Below are positions 1 to 11,103 of a stretch of DNA of 64,000 bases, in pieces. The stretch comes from an uncultured delta proteobacterium (lineage in GTDB: Bacteria > Myxococcota > Myxococcia > Myxococcales > Anaeromyxobacteraceae): contig CAVYBH010000012.1 in the NCBI GenBank assembly GCA_963766715.1, positions 384,001 to 448,000 on the forward strand, read 5' to 3'. Each line of letters opens with the position of its first letter. Positions within the stretch are counted from its first letter, which is position 1. The translations under genes were made by a program, and so were the position numbers. The notes below the pieces were generated by a model. It searched no databases and had not been told where the DNA came from. It saw only the letters and a list, made by a program, of their open reading frames with translations.

Positions 1-813
1 GCGTCCCGACCGGACTCTGGCTCGCACAGGCGGGAGGGTGGCGCCTTCCCTTCCTGGCGGTGGCGGGGCTCGGGGCGGTCGTCGGGGCCCTGGCGCTGTT
101 CCTGATGCCGTCGCATGCGGGGCCATCTCGAGCACGCGGCCAGCGCGGCGCTCCGCGGCTACGCCTTTCTCCGGGAGCCCGCCGCGCTCCTGTCGCTGGC
201 CGCCACCGGCACGACCATGGCCGCCACCTTCGCCCTGGTCCCGAACCTGGCCGCCTTCCTCCAGTTCAACGCCGGGTGGCCCCGGGAGCGGCTCGGGCTC
301 CTCTACATGGTGGGCGGGGTGCTCTCCTTCGCCGTCCTGCGGGGCGTGGGCCGGGCCGTCGACCGCTACGGGGCGCCCCGGACCGCGGCGGTGGGGACCG
401 CCGTCCTGCTCGCCAACCTGGGACTCGACTTCGTTCCGCCCGTCCCGCTCCTGCCGGCCTGGGGGCTCTTCCTGCTCTTCATCCTCGCCAACTCGATCCG
501 GAATCCCGCGCTCAGCGCGCTCGCCTCCCGCGTTCCGCGCGCCGACGAGCGGGCCCGCTTCCAGTCCACCCAGTCTGCGGTGCAGCACCTCGCCTCCGCG
601 GCGGGCGCGCTGCTCTCCTCGGCGCTGCTCGCCACGGGGGAGGGGGGACGCCTCGAGGGGATGTGGAAGGTGGCGCTCTTCAGCGGAACCCTGGCGCTGG
701 CGCTGCCGCTCCTGCTCGCGAGGGTCCACCCGCGCGTCCTTCGACGCGAGAAGGAGGAGCGAGGGTCCGTGGCGCGGGCGGAGGCGATGGCGCTGACCGC
801 CATCGAGCCGTGA
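1..813 (+). CDS. MFS transporter, C-terminal half (5' part outside window; apparent frameshift near 110)
   Basis: Multiple hydrophobic helices and MFS motif-like GRAVDRYG in ORF 115..813; upstream hydrophobic segment lies in another frame. Confidence 0.75.
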
Positions 814-825
814 CGGGAGTCCGAC

Positions 826-1095
826 TCAGGGAGCCGGGATCTCGCCGCGCAGGATGGGGTCGAGCTTGCCCTGCTGGTCGAGCGCGTCGATGTCGGTGAA
901 TCCGCCCAGCGGCCGCCCGTCGACGAAGATCTGGGGAACCGTCTTCTGCCCCGAGGCCTCGGCCAGCCAGGTCCGGAGCTCGTCGTTGCCTTCCGCGTCG
1001 ATCTCCTCGTACGCCACGCCCTTGCGGTCGAGGAGCGCCTTGGCGCGCACGCAGTAGGCGCAGTTCTTCTTGGAATACACCTGGACCTTGGCCAT
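826..1095 (-). CDS. grxC: Glutaredoxin 3
   Basis: CAYC active site, TVPQIF and GGFTD motifs, 89 aa. Confidence 0.92.
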   Translation of the reverse strand: MAKVQVYSKKNCAYCVRAKALLDRKGVAYEEIDAEGNDELRTWLAEASGQKTVPQIFVDGRPLGGFTDIDALDQQGKLDPILRGEIPAP

Positions 1096-1107
1096 CCTGG
1101 GATCCTA

Positions 1108-2035
1108 ATGACGCGCAAGCCAGCCGTCACGTCCCGCCGGAGGACGTTGCACGTTCCGCGGGAGCTCGCTGGCGAGCGGCTCGATCGCTTCCTCGCGCGT
1201 GCGCTGCCGGCCAGCCCGGAGCGCACCCGGGCCCTCATCGCGGGTGGCCACGTCCGCATCCGCGGGAAGACCTGCTCTCCCCATCCGCAAGCTGTTCGGG
1301 GGCGAGGCGATCGAGCTCGATCTCCCGGCCCCGGTCCCGGCGGCGGTCTCCGCGCAGGACCCGGACCTGCCGGTCCTGTACGAGGACGCCGACGTGCTCG
1401 TGGTGGACAAGCCGCACGGGCTCGCGGTCGAGCCCTCCTCGCCGGGCGCGGCCTCCGCGGTCGGCGCGGCCAGCCGGCGCGGCGGGTTCGACGTGGACGG
1501 CAGGGCGCTCCCGGGCCTTCCCCACCGGATCGACAGGGACACCACCGGGTGCCTGCTGCTCGCCCGCTCCGACGCCGGCCCTGGCGGCGCTGCGCCGGGC
1601 GTTCGAGGAGGGGCAGGTGGACAAGGAGTACCTGGCGCTCGTCGCCGGGGAGCCACCCGACGAGGGCCGGATCGACACCCCGTACGGCCGCGACCCGGCC
1701 AATCCGCGGAAGTTCACCACCCGGCGGGAGTCGCCGCGGCGCGCCCGGCTGGCCTTCCGGGTGGAGCGCCGCCTCGCCGGGGGGGCGCTCCTCCGGGTGA
1801 CGCTCGAGACCGGGCGCACCCACCAGATCCGCGTGCAGCTCGCCGAGGCGGGCTGGCCGATCCTGGGAGACGCGGTCTACGGCCGTCCGTCGCCCCTCAT
1901 CGGCCGGCAGGCGCCTCCACGCCTGGCGGCTCTCCTTCCCGACGGCCGTCCGACGGCGCGCGGGTGCAGGTCGAGGCGCCCGTGCCCGCGGATCTCGCCG
2001 GGGCCGCGGAGGTCATGGCCCGATCGGCACCGTGA
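1108..2035 (+). CDS. RluA/RluD-family pseudouridine synthase (split over several frames by indels)
   Basis: S4-like RLDRFL, VVDKPHG, HRIDRDTTG catalytic motif, TGRTHQIR, ILGDAVYG in successive frames. Confidence 0.85.
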
Positions 2036-2855
2036 ACGGGCCAGCCACGGCCTGGCCGCCCCGCAGGTCGAGGGCGACGATCCAGATCTCGGCCGACGTC
2101 TGGCCGGGGAGGAGGTCCGTGCCCTCGAGGTTCACCGTGGTGTCGGTGCCGGTGGCGAGGCCGTCCGAGAAGCGTCCCGCGGTCGAGTAGTAGTAGCCGG
2201 TCATGGTCTCGGTCTGCTGGACGCCGGCGGCGTCCACGTAGGTCTGCACGCTGGACGGGTCGATGAGGAGCCGCACCGGCAGCTTGCCGTTCACGGCGAG
2301 CGGGGGGGTGGGCACGCCCACCTGGGCCGGGACGCCGCCGATCTCGACGCCGGTGATGACGGGCGGGAGGTTCGGGTCGGCCGGGGCCTGCCGGGTCCAC
2401 TGGGGGATCTGCAGCACCGCGTCCCGCGACGCGCCGTCGGCCGTCGCCACGCGGTAGCGGAAGACGGTGAGGATCTGCGCCGGGAGGTCGGCCGGGATCG
2501 TGCCGCCCGCCGCGCCCAGGCACTGCGTGACGAGCTGGGTGGGGTTGGCGGTCACGGAGCCGTCCGCCGCCGGGGCGAGGTCCACCTCGCACTGCGGCAC
2601 GGCGCAGGCGTAGGCCGAGACCGAGCCGGCGGAGAGGGGGCAGAAGGTCCACCGCTGCGAGGCGATGGACGAGCCGGGCGGAAGGTAGTCGCGCGGCTGG
2701 ATGGTCACCGACTGTCCGGGTGCGAGCTCCAGCGGGTCGGCCACGAGCGCGAGGACCCGGAGCCCCAGCAGGTCGCTCTGCGGGGCGAAATCGTTCGTGC
2801 AGCCGGTCACGACGAGCAGGGCCCCGAGGAGCGCCGGCGCGAGAGCGCGGTTCAT
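2013..2855 (-). CDS. Lipoprotein downstream of TonB-dependent receptor
   Basis: MNRALAPALLGALLVVTGC lipobox; start overlaps receptor stop codon; LRVLALVADP N-terminal motif. Confidence 0.75.
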   Translation of the reverse strand: MNRALAPALLGALLVVTGCTNDFAPQSDLLGLRVLALVADPLELAPGQSVTIQPRDYLPPGSSIASQRWTFCPLSAGSVSAYACAVPQCEVDLAPAADGSVTANPTQLVTQCLGAAGGTIPADLPAQILTVFRYRVATADGASRDAVLQIPQWTRQAPADPNLPPVITGVEIGGVPAQVGVPTPPLAVNGKLPVRLLIDPSSVQTYVDAAGVQQTETMTGYYYSTAGRFSDGLATGTDTTVNLEGTDLLPGQTSAEIWIVALDLRGGQAVAGPFTVPIGP

Positions 2856-5429
2856 CACCACTCTCCCTTCAGCCCGAGGATGGGCAGGATGGGCAGGCCG
2901 GTCGTGGCCGTGCGATCCGTGTAGTCGTAGTTGTACGTCCAGCCTTCCTGGTTCTTCCGGTTGGTCACGTTCTGGGTGTCGAGGTAGAGGGTCAGGGTCC
3001 AGTCCTTGAAGGTCCAGATCTTGTCGATGCGCAGGTCGAGGGCCCAGAAGCTGGCCAGCCGATCGGAGTTGGTGTCGCCGTAGACGGGGACGAAGACCCC
3101 GGTGGCGGAGTCGAAGACCGAGCCGACGACGGGCGTGGAGGGGTTTCCCGAGACGTAGCGGAAGCGCGCCCCCGCCGACCAGCCCCTCCCGAGCTGGTAG
3201 GTCCCGAGCACGGTCAGGTTGCTCGGCTGGTCGAAGTCGAAGGGGCGCTCCCCGTCGGGCGGGTCGGTGCGCAGCGAGCGCTGGTAGGTGTAGGCGAGCC
3301 ATCCCGCGAACCGATCCCCGATGGCCACCTTGAGCAGGGTCTCCACGCCGTAGATGGTGCCGGTTCCGGTGCTGGTGTACCGCGGCGCGTTCGGGTCGTA
3401 GTTCGAGCTCGAGTTCGCGATGGCCTGCCGGGTGAGCGACTTGTAGAAGGGGGTCACGTCGAGGGTGATGCCGTCGACGATCCGCTGTCCCAGGCCGAGG
3501 GAGACCTGGAGGCTGCGCTCGGGCAGGAGGAACGGGTTGCCGGTCACCGTGTTGCTCTTCTGGGCGGCGGGCGCCTGCTGGTACATGCCGACGCCCGCCC
3601 GGAGGACGGTTCCCGGGACGACCTCCCACCGGGCCAGGAGGCGCGGGTCGACGGCCCACTCGTTGATCTCGGAGAACCAGTTCGCGCGGACGCCGGGCAG
3701 GATCGAGAGGTTCGGGATCGGGGCCCAGCGCAGCTCGGCGAAGGCCGCGGGGGACTGGATCCAGGTGGTGAGCTGGGCGCCGATCTGCGGCAGCGACGAG
3801 GGCGGCAGGGGATTGGGCCCCGTGGAGCTGGGCAGGTTCACGGAGATCCTGGCCCGGTCGAACTCGAGGTCGAGGCCGCCGCGCAGCTGCCACTGCGCGT
3901 CGAAGTCGTAGCTCCAGGTGCTGCGCAGGGCCAGCCGCTGCAGGTTGAGGTCGAAGAAGTACTGGGGCCCGAGCTGGGTGCTGATCTCCTGCAGGCCGAT
4001 CACCATCGACGTGTCCTGCCGGAAGCGGGGCGAGAACGTCTTCGAGTACTCCGCCTGCAGGTTGTAGAAGGAGACCCGCGCGTCGATCTGGCCGGTGATG
4101 GTGGGGTCGTTCATCGGCTTGTCGAAGAGGCCGACCAGCCGGTCCATCGATCCGTAGAAGATGATGCGAAGGTGCTGGCTCGCGTCGGGGTTCCAGGCGG
4201 CGATGAACTGGAAGTCGTAGAAGCGCGGGGCGGTGCTGAAGGAGAGGTTCGAGTCCTTGGGCAGGAAGAGCGGGAGCACGGTGTCGATCCAGGAGCGCCG
4301 GAACGCTCCTCCGAGGGACCAGCCCTTGCCGAGGCCGCCCTCCATCTCCACGCCCACGTCGTAGACGTTCACGTCGGCCTGGCCGTGGAAGCCGTCCTGG
4401 CGCGGGTCGCGGACCCGGACGTCGATGATGCCGCCCTGGGCGCGTCCGTAGTCGACCGAGAAGTTTCCCGGGACGAACTCGACCGACTGGAGGAAGGCCG
4501 GGGCGAACGTGCTCCGGATCCCGCCGAAGTGATAGAGCTGCGGAATCTGCTGGGACTCGAGGAAGACCTTGCTGTCCCCCGGGGCCGAGCCGCGCAGCAC
4601 GAGGAGCCCCGCGCCGAAGGGAGCGCGCGCCGCGCCCGGCAGGTTGAGGACCGCCTTCAGCGTGTCCCCGGCCGACCCGGGCACCGTGGCCACCTGCTGC
4701 GCGGTGAGCACGTCCTTCATCACCTCCCGCTGGATCGCGGCGGCGCTCACCACGGTCTCGTTCGCGCCCCCCACGGTCTCGAGCAGGTAGTTCTCCTCCC
4801 GGGTCTCGCCGGACCGGGCCTTCACGAACAGGTCGAGCTTCTGGTGATCGGGCGGAAACGCCAGGAGCTGGAACTCCGCGTCCGGCACCTCGATCTGGAA
4901 GCGGCCCGAGCCGTCGGTGGTGGCGCGGGCGGCCACCCGGTCGCCGACCTTCGCCTCGACCGGAACGTTGGCGAGCGGGAGCCGCGAGCCCCGCTCCAGG
5001 ATGAAGCCGGTGAGCTTCACGGGGGCGGGCGCGGGGGGCGGAGGCGGCTCCTGGATCCGCAGCCGGAAGGTGACCGTGACCGGGACCGCCTCGCCGGTGG
5101 AGAGGCGCCCCGGCTCGAAGTCGAACCGGCGAGCCGCCGCCAGCGCGGCCCCGTCGAAGGGCTCGCCGGCGCCGCTCTCGACGGCGGCCTTCTCCACCTT
5201 GCCGTCGGCGCCGACGTCGAGCGAGAGGACGACGACCACCTCGGGGGAGGGGAACCTCGTGCCGGCCGGGACGTCGGCCGGGACGAGCTCCTTCAGCCGG
5301 GGCGGGCTGGCGAGCGTCGGCTCCTCGGGAGCGGCGGGTCGCCGCGGGCTGCTGCGCGAGGGCCGCGGCCGGGACGCCGAGGAAGGCGAGGAGCGCGAGG
5401 AGACGCACGGGGTGGACGGCTCGCTTCAT
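2855..5429 (-). CDS. TonB-dependent receptor with N-terminal TonB-C and carboxypeptidase-regulatory-like domains (indel near 5300-5340)
   Basis: Signal peptide at 5429, FDGAALAAARRFDFEPG TonB-C segment, plug (LNLPG..LRGS), beta-barrel pattern, C-terminal GLKGEW. Confidence 0.85.
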
Positions 5430-5433
5430 CGGT

Positions 5434-6176
5434 TCATCCCTCGAGGCGGAACTTGTAGGTCCAGGGAACGGTGGCGGGAACGGCCTTTCCCCCCCGGGTG
5501 GCCGGCCGGAAACGGAAGCGGCGGACCAGCTTCTGGGCCACCTCGTCGAAGCCGCTGCCGGCGGAGCGTATCACGCGCGATCCGGTCACCTCGCCGGTGG
5601 CCGAGACCGTGAGCTCGAGACGGACGTCCCCCTCGAGCCCGGCGCGGCGGGCCGACTCGGGGTAGAGCGCGCGCATCTCCGAGAGGTCGGGCTGGGCGAT
5701 CAGGCTCGGCGCCGAGTCCGGCTCCACGGCGTAGGCCGGGGCGTCGGGGCTCGTGCTCGTCCCGCCGGGCGTGGCGCGAAGCGCGGGGGCCGTTCCCGGG
5801 GGCGCGGTGGGAACCGCGATGCCGCCGCCGGGGACGGTGGCCTCGAGCGACACGGCGAAGCGGCGCGGGGCCGCGGGGGGAGGCGGGGTCGGGCTCGCGG
5901 GCGTGGGCAGGAGCGGCGCCGGCGCGACCGGCTGCTTCGCGGGGGCGCTCCGGGCTGGCTCCATCCGCTTCGGAGGGGGCTCCTTGGGCGGCGGAGGAGG
6001 CGGAGGGGGCTCGGGCTCGGCGGGGCGGCTCTCCACGAGGCGAACCCGCGTCGGGGGCCGGGCGCTCCGACGCACGGCGCACCGGCGGCGAGAGCAACGC
6101 CCAGGCGAGGAGGGCCGCCGTAGAGGGCGAGCGCGAGGGCCCAGCCCTGCGCTCCGGTGTGCCCGACCCGCTTCAC
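5434..6176 (-). CDS. tonB: Energy transducer TonB (N-terminal TM in shifted frame)
   Basis: Pro-rich linker, YPESARRAGLEGDV, FRPATRGG. Confidence 0.85.
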
Positions 6177-6610
6177 TTCTCGGGAGCCTCGACCGGCTTG
6201 GTGTCGAGCGCGATGTCGGTCACGCCCTCCTGGCGGAGGCGGTCGACCACCTGCGCGAACCGCCCGTACGGGGCGGCGACGTCGGCCGAGACGAAGCCGG
6301 TGAGCTTCTGCCCCTGCTGGAGCCGGCTCCGGGCCTCGCCCACGGCGCGGGGGATGTCCTCCAGGCGGGCAGGCTGGCCGTTCACGTAGAGATCGCCGGT
6401 GCGGGTGACGACGAAGGCGAGGAGGCCCACCGCCGTCTCCGACCCGGTGGCGGCCCGCGGCACCTCGACCTGGATGCTCTTCGACACGATGAGCGAGGAG
6501 GTCACCAGGAAGACCACGAGCAGCACCAGCGCCACGTCGACGATGGGCGTGATGTTCACGCCGGTGACGAGCTCGTCGGCGGGGTCGGTGCCGAAGCCGC
6601 CGGTGTTCAC
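6173..6610 (-). CDS. exbD: Biopolymer transport protein ExbD/TolR
   Basis: NITPIVDVALVLLVVF and ADVAAPYG motifs. Confidence 0.88.
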   Translation of the reverse strand: MNTGGFGTDPADELVTGVNITPIVDVALVLLVVFLVTSSLIVSKSIQVEVPRAATGSETAVGLLAFVVTRTGDLYVNGQPARLEDIPRAVGEARSRLQQGQKLTGFVSADVAAPYGRFAQVVDRLRQEGVTDIALDTKPVEAPEK

Positions 6611-7271
6611 GGCGACTCCTCCCCGTCCTGCCGCTCCACCGATCCCAGGTTGGCCAGCAGCTCGCGCATGACCGCCTCGGCCTGGCGCAGGCGGACGCGC
6701 CATGTGCGCGCGCAGGAGGTTGTAGGAGATCACGCCCGGGACGGCGACGAAGATGCCGAAGGCGGTCGAGGCGAGCGCCTCGGCGATGGAGACCATCACC
6801 TGGGGATTCCCGGCCGACTGGGTGCTCCCCGCCTGGCCGAGGCCGTAGAAGGCGCCGACGATCCCGATGATGGTCCCGAGGAGGCCGACGAGCGGCGCGA
6901 TGTTGGCGATGGTGGTGAGCCAGGCCACGCGCGCGTCGTACCGGGACCGCTCGGCGGCCAGCGAGGCCAGCATCTCCTCCTCGACGGCCTTCGGATCGCG
7001 CTCGCCGCGCTGCACGGAGTCGAGCCCGGAACGCAGGACGTTCCGGATGAGCGTGTCCCGCTGCACGAGCGCCAGGGCCCCGCCGAGGTCCCGCCGGCGC
7101 AGCGCCTCCTGGAAGGCGGCCTGCAGGGCGGCGAAGCCCTCGCGGGTCCGGAAGTACAGGAGGACGCCGGTCGGCGGTGATGGCGACGCCGATGAGGGAG
7201 AAGGTCACCAGGACCCAGTTCACCCATTCGGCACCGAGGAGGTTCAGCTGGAGGAATCTCTGCGTCAGCAT
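6607..7271 (-). CDS. exbB: MotA/TolQ/ExbB proton channel (two indels)
   Basis: APLVGLLGTIIGI and IAEALASTAFG motifs; corrected frame ends at TGA overlapping the exbD start. Confidence 0.85.
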
Positions 7272-7315
7272 CCGTGCACCCCGTCGAGGTCGCAGATATA
7301 ATGAATCACGTGACC

Positions 7316-7334
7316 GATACTAATTCGCATTCTA
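7316..7334. promoter_or_regulatory. Possible Fur-like box between divergent exbB and tetR
   Basis: GATACTAATTCGCATTCTA, 12/19 match to the classic Fur consensus, in an AT-rich intergenic region upstream of a TonB operon. Confidence 0.3.
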
Positions 7335-7365
7335 CCGCGCCGGCCAGCGGAAGGAGGGCGTCTGA

Positions 7366-8065
7366 ATGGGGCGCAGGGCGGGCTCGAGGAACCTGGACTA
7401 CGCCTCGACAAGGGAGCAGATCGTGGCCCGCCTGGCGACCGGAATATTGGCGAGCAATCGGTCGCATCTGAGCTTCCGCGAGCTGGCCCACGCCGCCGGC
7501 GGTTCCGCCGTCCACCCTCCGGCACTACTTCCCGGATCGCGGACGGGTGCTCGAGGCCGTGCTCGAGCGGGTGCACGACCTCGGGCTCCGCTACGTGGCC
7601 GAGGGAGCGACCGCCGAGCGCGGCGACGTCCGCGCGTCCCTGCGCTGGTTCCTCGGATTCCTGGTGGAGGGCTGGAGCCACGGCGTGGGACGCGCCCACG
7701 CGCTCGGGCTGACCGAGGGCATCGGGGACGAGGCGATCGGTCCGGCCTACCTGCGCACCCTGCTCGAGCCCACCCTCCACTCGGCCGAGGCGCGGATCGC
7801 GCTTCACATGGCGCGCGGGGAGCTCGGTCCCTGCGACGCCCGGCTGGCCGCGGTCGAGCTGGTGGCGCCGCTCGTCCTCGTCCTGCTCCACCAGCGCGCG
7901 CTGGGGGGCGCCTCGGTCCGGCAGCTCGACGTGGACGCGTTCCTCGACGAGCACGTCGCTCGGTTCCTGCGGGCCTTCGCGCCCACCGCGGTCGCGAGGG
8001 AGACCCCGCCCGCGCACGCAGGGCGAGGGGGCCCGGCGCCGCTCGACGCGATGAGTGGTATGTAG
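7366..8065 (+). CDS. TetR/AcrR-family regulator (indel in HTH near 7505)
   Basis: SFRELAHAAG..STLRHYF HTH across frames; helical C-terminal domain. Confidence 0.7.
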
Positions 8066-8077
8066 CAACGGGAACGA

Positions 8078-9043
8078 ATGCACTCCGTCGGCACGCCAGC
8101 GCTCTGGATCGGCTTCCTGGTCTTCGTCCTGGGCATGCTCGCCCTCGACCTCGGCGTGTTCCATCGCAGCGATCGGATCCTCGGCCTGCGCGAGGCCCTG
8201 GGCTGGAGCCTCGCCTGGGTGACGCTCTCGCTCCTCTTCGGGGCGGGGGTCTTCCTCTTCCTGGGGCACGGCGCCGGCCAGGAGTTCCTCACCGCCTACG
8301 TCGTCGAGAAGTCGCTGTCGGTCGACAACCTCTTCGTCTTCGTCGTGCTCTTCGGGGCGCTGGGAATCCCGCGCGCGCTCCAGCACCGGGTCCTCTTCTG
8401 GGGAATCCTCTCGGCGCTCGTCCTGCGGGCGGCCATGATCCTGGGCGGGGTGGCGCTGCTCGCCCGCTTCCACTGGCTCACCTACGTCTTCGGCGCCTTC
8501 CTGGTCTTCACCGGCTGGAAGCTGTGGGCCCAGGAGGAGGACACGGGCTCCGGGGCGACGCGGATCCTCGACGCGGTCCGGCGCGTCCTCCCCACGACGA
8601 ACGACCTCCGGGGCCATGCCTTCTTCGTCCGCGAGGACGGGAGGATCCGCGGCACGCCGCTCCTCCTGGCGCTCGTCGCCATCGAGATCGCCGACGTCGC
8701 CTTCGCCGTGGACTCGATCCCGGCGGTCTTCGCCGTCAGCACCGATCCCTTCATCGTCTTCACGTCCAACATCTTCGCCATCCTCGGCCTGCGCTCCCTC
8801 TACTTCCTGCTGGCCGACCTGGTGGGACGCTTCGTGTACCTCCGGCCGGGGCTCTCGGCCGTGCTGATCTACGTGGGCGTGAAGATGTTGATCGTCAGCT
8901 GGGTGAAGATCCCGCCGTCCATCTCGCTGGCCATCATCCTGGGAATCCTCTCCGTCGCGGTGCTGGCGTCCTGGCTCGTCACCGGACGCACCCGGAAGGC
9001 GGAGCCCGAGGGCGAGGACGAAGGCGTGAACCCGCCGCCGTAG
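8078..9043 (+). CDS. TerC/Alx-family membrane protein
   Basis: EKSLSVDNLFVF, QHRVLFWG, DSIPA, FTSNIFAILGLR motifs. Confidence 0.92.
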   Translation: MHSVGTPALWIGFLVFVLGMLALDLGVFHRSDRILGLREALGWSLAWVTLSLLFGAGVFLFLGHGAGQEFLTAYVVEKSLSVDNLFVFVVLFGALGIPRALQHRVLFWGILSALVLRAAMILGGVALLARFHWLTYVFGAFLVFTGWKLWAQEEDTGSGATRILDAVRRVLPTTNDLRGHAFFVREDGRIRGTPLLLALVAIEIADVAFAVDSIPAVFAVSTDPFIVFTSNIFAILGLRSLYFLLADLVGRFVYLRPGLSAVLIYVGVKMLIVSWVKIPPSISLAIILGILSVAVLASWLVTGRTRKAEPEGEDEGVNPPP

Positions 9044-9065
9044 GACCGGCGCCGGAGCGGACGCC

Positions 9066-9953
9066 TCAGGCCCAGTCGCGAGGCGTCCGGATCACCTCGA
9101 GCAACCGCGCCTCCGGGCTGCCGGGCTCCGGCTGGTGGTCGTAGCGCCAGCGCACCACCGGGGGAAGCGACATCAGGATCGACTCGGTCCGGCCGCCGGT
9201 CTCGAGCCCGAACACGGTGCCCCGGTCGTGGAGGAGGTTGAACTCGACGTACCGCCCGCGCCGGATCTCCTGCCAGATCCGCTCCGGCTCGCCGAACGGG
9301 AGGTCCCGTCGCCGCTCCACGATGGGCAGGTAGGCCCGCGAGAAGCTGCGCCCGACGTCCTCCACGAAGGCCAGCTCCCTCCACGGGTCGCCGCCCAGGT
9401 CCTCGAAGAAGATCCCGCCCACGCCCCGGTGCTCGGCCCGGTGGGGCAGGTAGAAGTACTCGTCGCAGGTGCGCTTGAAGCCCGCGTAGCTGCCCGGCCG
9501 GTAGCGCTCGCAGGCCCCCCGGAGCTCGGAGTGGAAGTGGGCCGCGTCCTCCTCGAAGAGGTAGTAGGGGGTCAGGTCGGCGCCCCCGCCGAACCAGGCC
9601 TTCGAGCCGCGGGCCAGGAGCCGGACGTTGGCGTGCGTGGTCGGCACCCAGGGATTCCGGGGGTGGAGCACCAGCGAGATCCCCACGGCGGCGAACTCGT
9701 CGCCGTCGCCGGGGAGGCGAGCCGCCATCCGGGGAGGGACCTTGCCGTGGACGCGGGACACGTTGACGCCGGCCTTCTCGAGCAGGGCGCCGTCGGCCAG
9801 CACGCGGGTGAGTCCGCCTCCGCCTCCGGGGCGCTCCCAGGCGTCCCGCAGGAACCGGGCGCCGCCGTCGATCGCCTCGAGCTCGGCGGTGATCCGCTCC
9901 TGGAGGGCGCGGACCATGACCTCCATCTCGTCCACCAGTCGCGCGTGCTCCAT
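9066..9953 (-). CDS. hemF: Oxygen-dependent coproporphyrinogen III oxidase
   Basis: EKAGVN, HPRNP..PTTHANVR, WFGGGADLTP, RGVGGIFF, RRGRYVEFNL. Confidence 0.95.
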   Translation of the reverse strand: MEHARLVDEMEVMVRALQERITAELEAIDGGARFLRDAWERPGGGGGLTRVLADGALLEKAGVNVSRVHGKVPPRMAARLPGDGDEFAAVGISLVLHPRNPWVPTTHANVRLLARGSKAWFGGGADLTPYYLFEEDAAHFHSELRGACERYRPGSYAGFKRTCDEYFYLPHRAEHRGVGGIFFEDLGGDPWRELAFVEDVGRSFSRAYLPIVERRRDLPFGEPERIWQEIRRGRYVEFNLLHDRGTVFGLETGGRTESILMSLPPVVRWRYDHQPEPGSPEARLLEVIRTPRDWA

Positions 9954-9967
9954 GTTCCTCCCCGGAC

Positions 9968-10819
9968 TCAGGCAAAGACGATGGTCTTGTTCCCGTGCAC
10001 GAGCACCCGGTCCTCGCAGTGCCAGCGGACGGCCCGGAAGAGCACCCGGCGCTCCAGGTCGCGGCCGAGCGCCCGCAGATCCTCGACCGAGTCGCGGTGG
10101 CTGACGCGGGCCACGTCCTGATCGATGATCGGCCCGGCGTCGAGCTCGGCGGTGACGTAGTGGGCCGTGGCCCCCACGATCTTCACCCCGCGGTCGTAGG
10201 CCTGGCGATACGGGTCGGCGCCGGCGAAGGCCGGGAGGAAGGAGTGGTGGATGTTGATGATCCTCCCGGCGAAGCGCTCCACGAACGAGGCCGAGAGCAC
10301 CTGCATGTAGCGCGCGAGCACGACCAGGTCGGCCTTCTCCTCGAGCACCGCGAGCATCCGGGCCTCGGCCTCCGCGCGGATGGCGGGCGCGTTGGGCACG
10401 TGGAGGAAGGGGACGCCGAAGGACTCGACCGACGGACCCAGGTCCGGGTGGTTGGAGAGGACGAGCGGGATGTCGGCGCGGAGATCCCCCCGGCGCCAGT
10501 TCCAGAGCAGGTCGAGCAGCGCGTGATCGTGGCGCGAGACCAGCACGGCCACGCGACGGCGGTCGCCGTGGCTGGCGAGCCGCCACGCCATGCCCATCCG
10601 CTCCCCCACCTCCGCGGCGAAGAGCCGTCCCAGCTCGTCCAGGGGCACGTCGAGCCCGCCGGTCTGGAACTCCAGCCTCATGAAGTAGCTGCCAGGCGCC
10701 TCCTCGGTGGAGTGCTGGTCCAGGTCCACCACGTTGGCGCCGTGGCGGAAGAGGAAGGTGGAGACGGCCGCGACGATTCCGGGCCGGTCGGGACAGCGGA
10801 TGAGGAGGACCGCGTGCAT
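9968..10819 (-). CDS. purU: Formyltetrahydrofolate deformylase
   Basis: ACT domain CPDRPGIV, LARYMQ, INIHHSFLP, GATAHYVT. Confidence 0.95.
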   Translation of the reverse strand: MHAVLLIRCPDRPGIVAAVSTFLFRHGANVVDLDQHSTEEAPGSYFMRLEFQTGGLDVPLDELGRLFAAEVGERMGMAWRLASHGDRRRVAVLVSRHDHALLDLLWNWRRGDLRADIPLVLSNHPDLGPSVESFGVPFLHVPNAPAIRAEAEARMLAVLEEKADLVVLARYMQVLSASFVERFAGRIINIHHSFLPAFAGADPYRQAYDRGVKIVGATAHYVTAELDAGPIIDQDVARVSHRDSVEDLRALGRDLERRVLFRAVRWHCEDRVLVHGNKTIVFA

Positions 10820-11103
10820 GCCGCCCTCTCTACCGCGCCCGGGCGCTCCGGGGAACCTGCTGGGTCGGGTTGATTCGGGACAATGGACGTTTACGGCGAG
10901 GGGAGTAGGGTGACCCGAAGTTTCACACGCGGGGAGGTCAGGGGTGCGGGAGGGGTCGTCGAGCGATTCGGGCGGAGGCGGGGAGTCGTCGCCTTCCGTG
11001 CCGGCGAGAGTCGGGTCCGGGGAACGGGCAGCCGAGGCGGCACGACCACGCCGCGCTCGACTCGATCCCGTGGCGCGACCGGCTCTCCACCCAGCTCCTG
11101 GCC

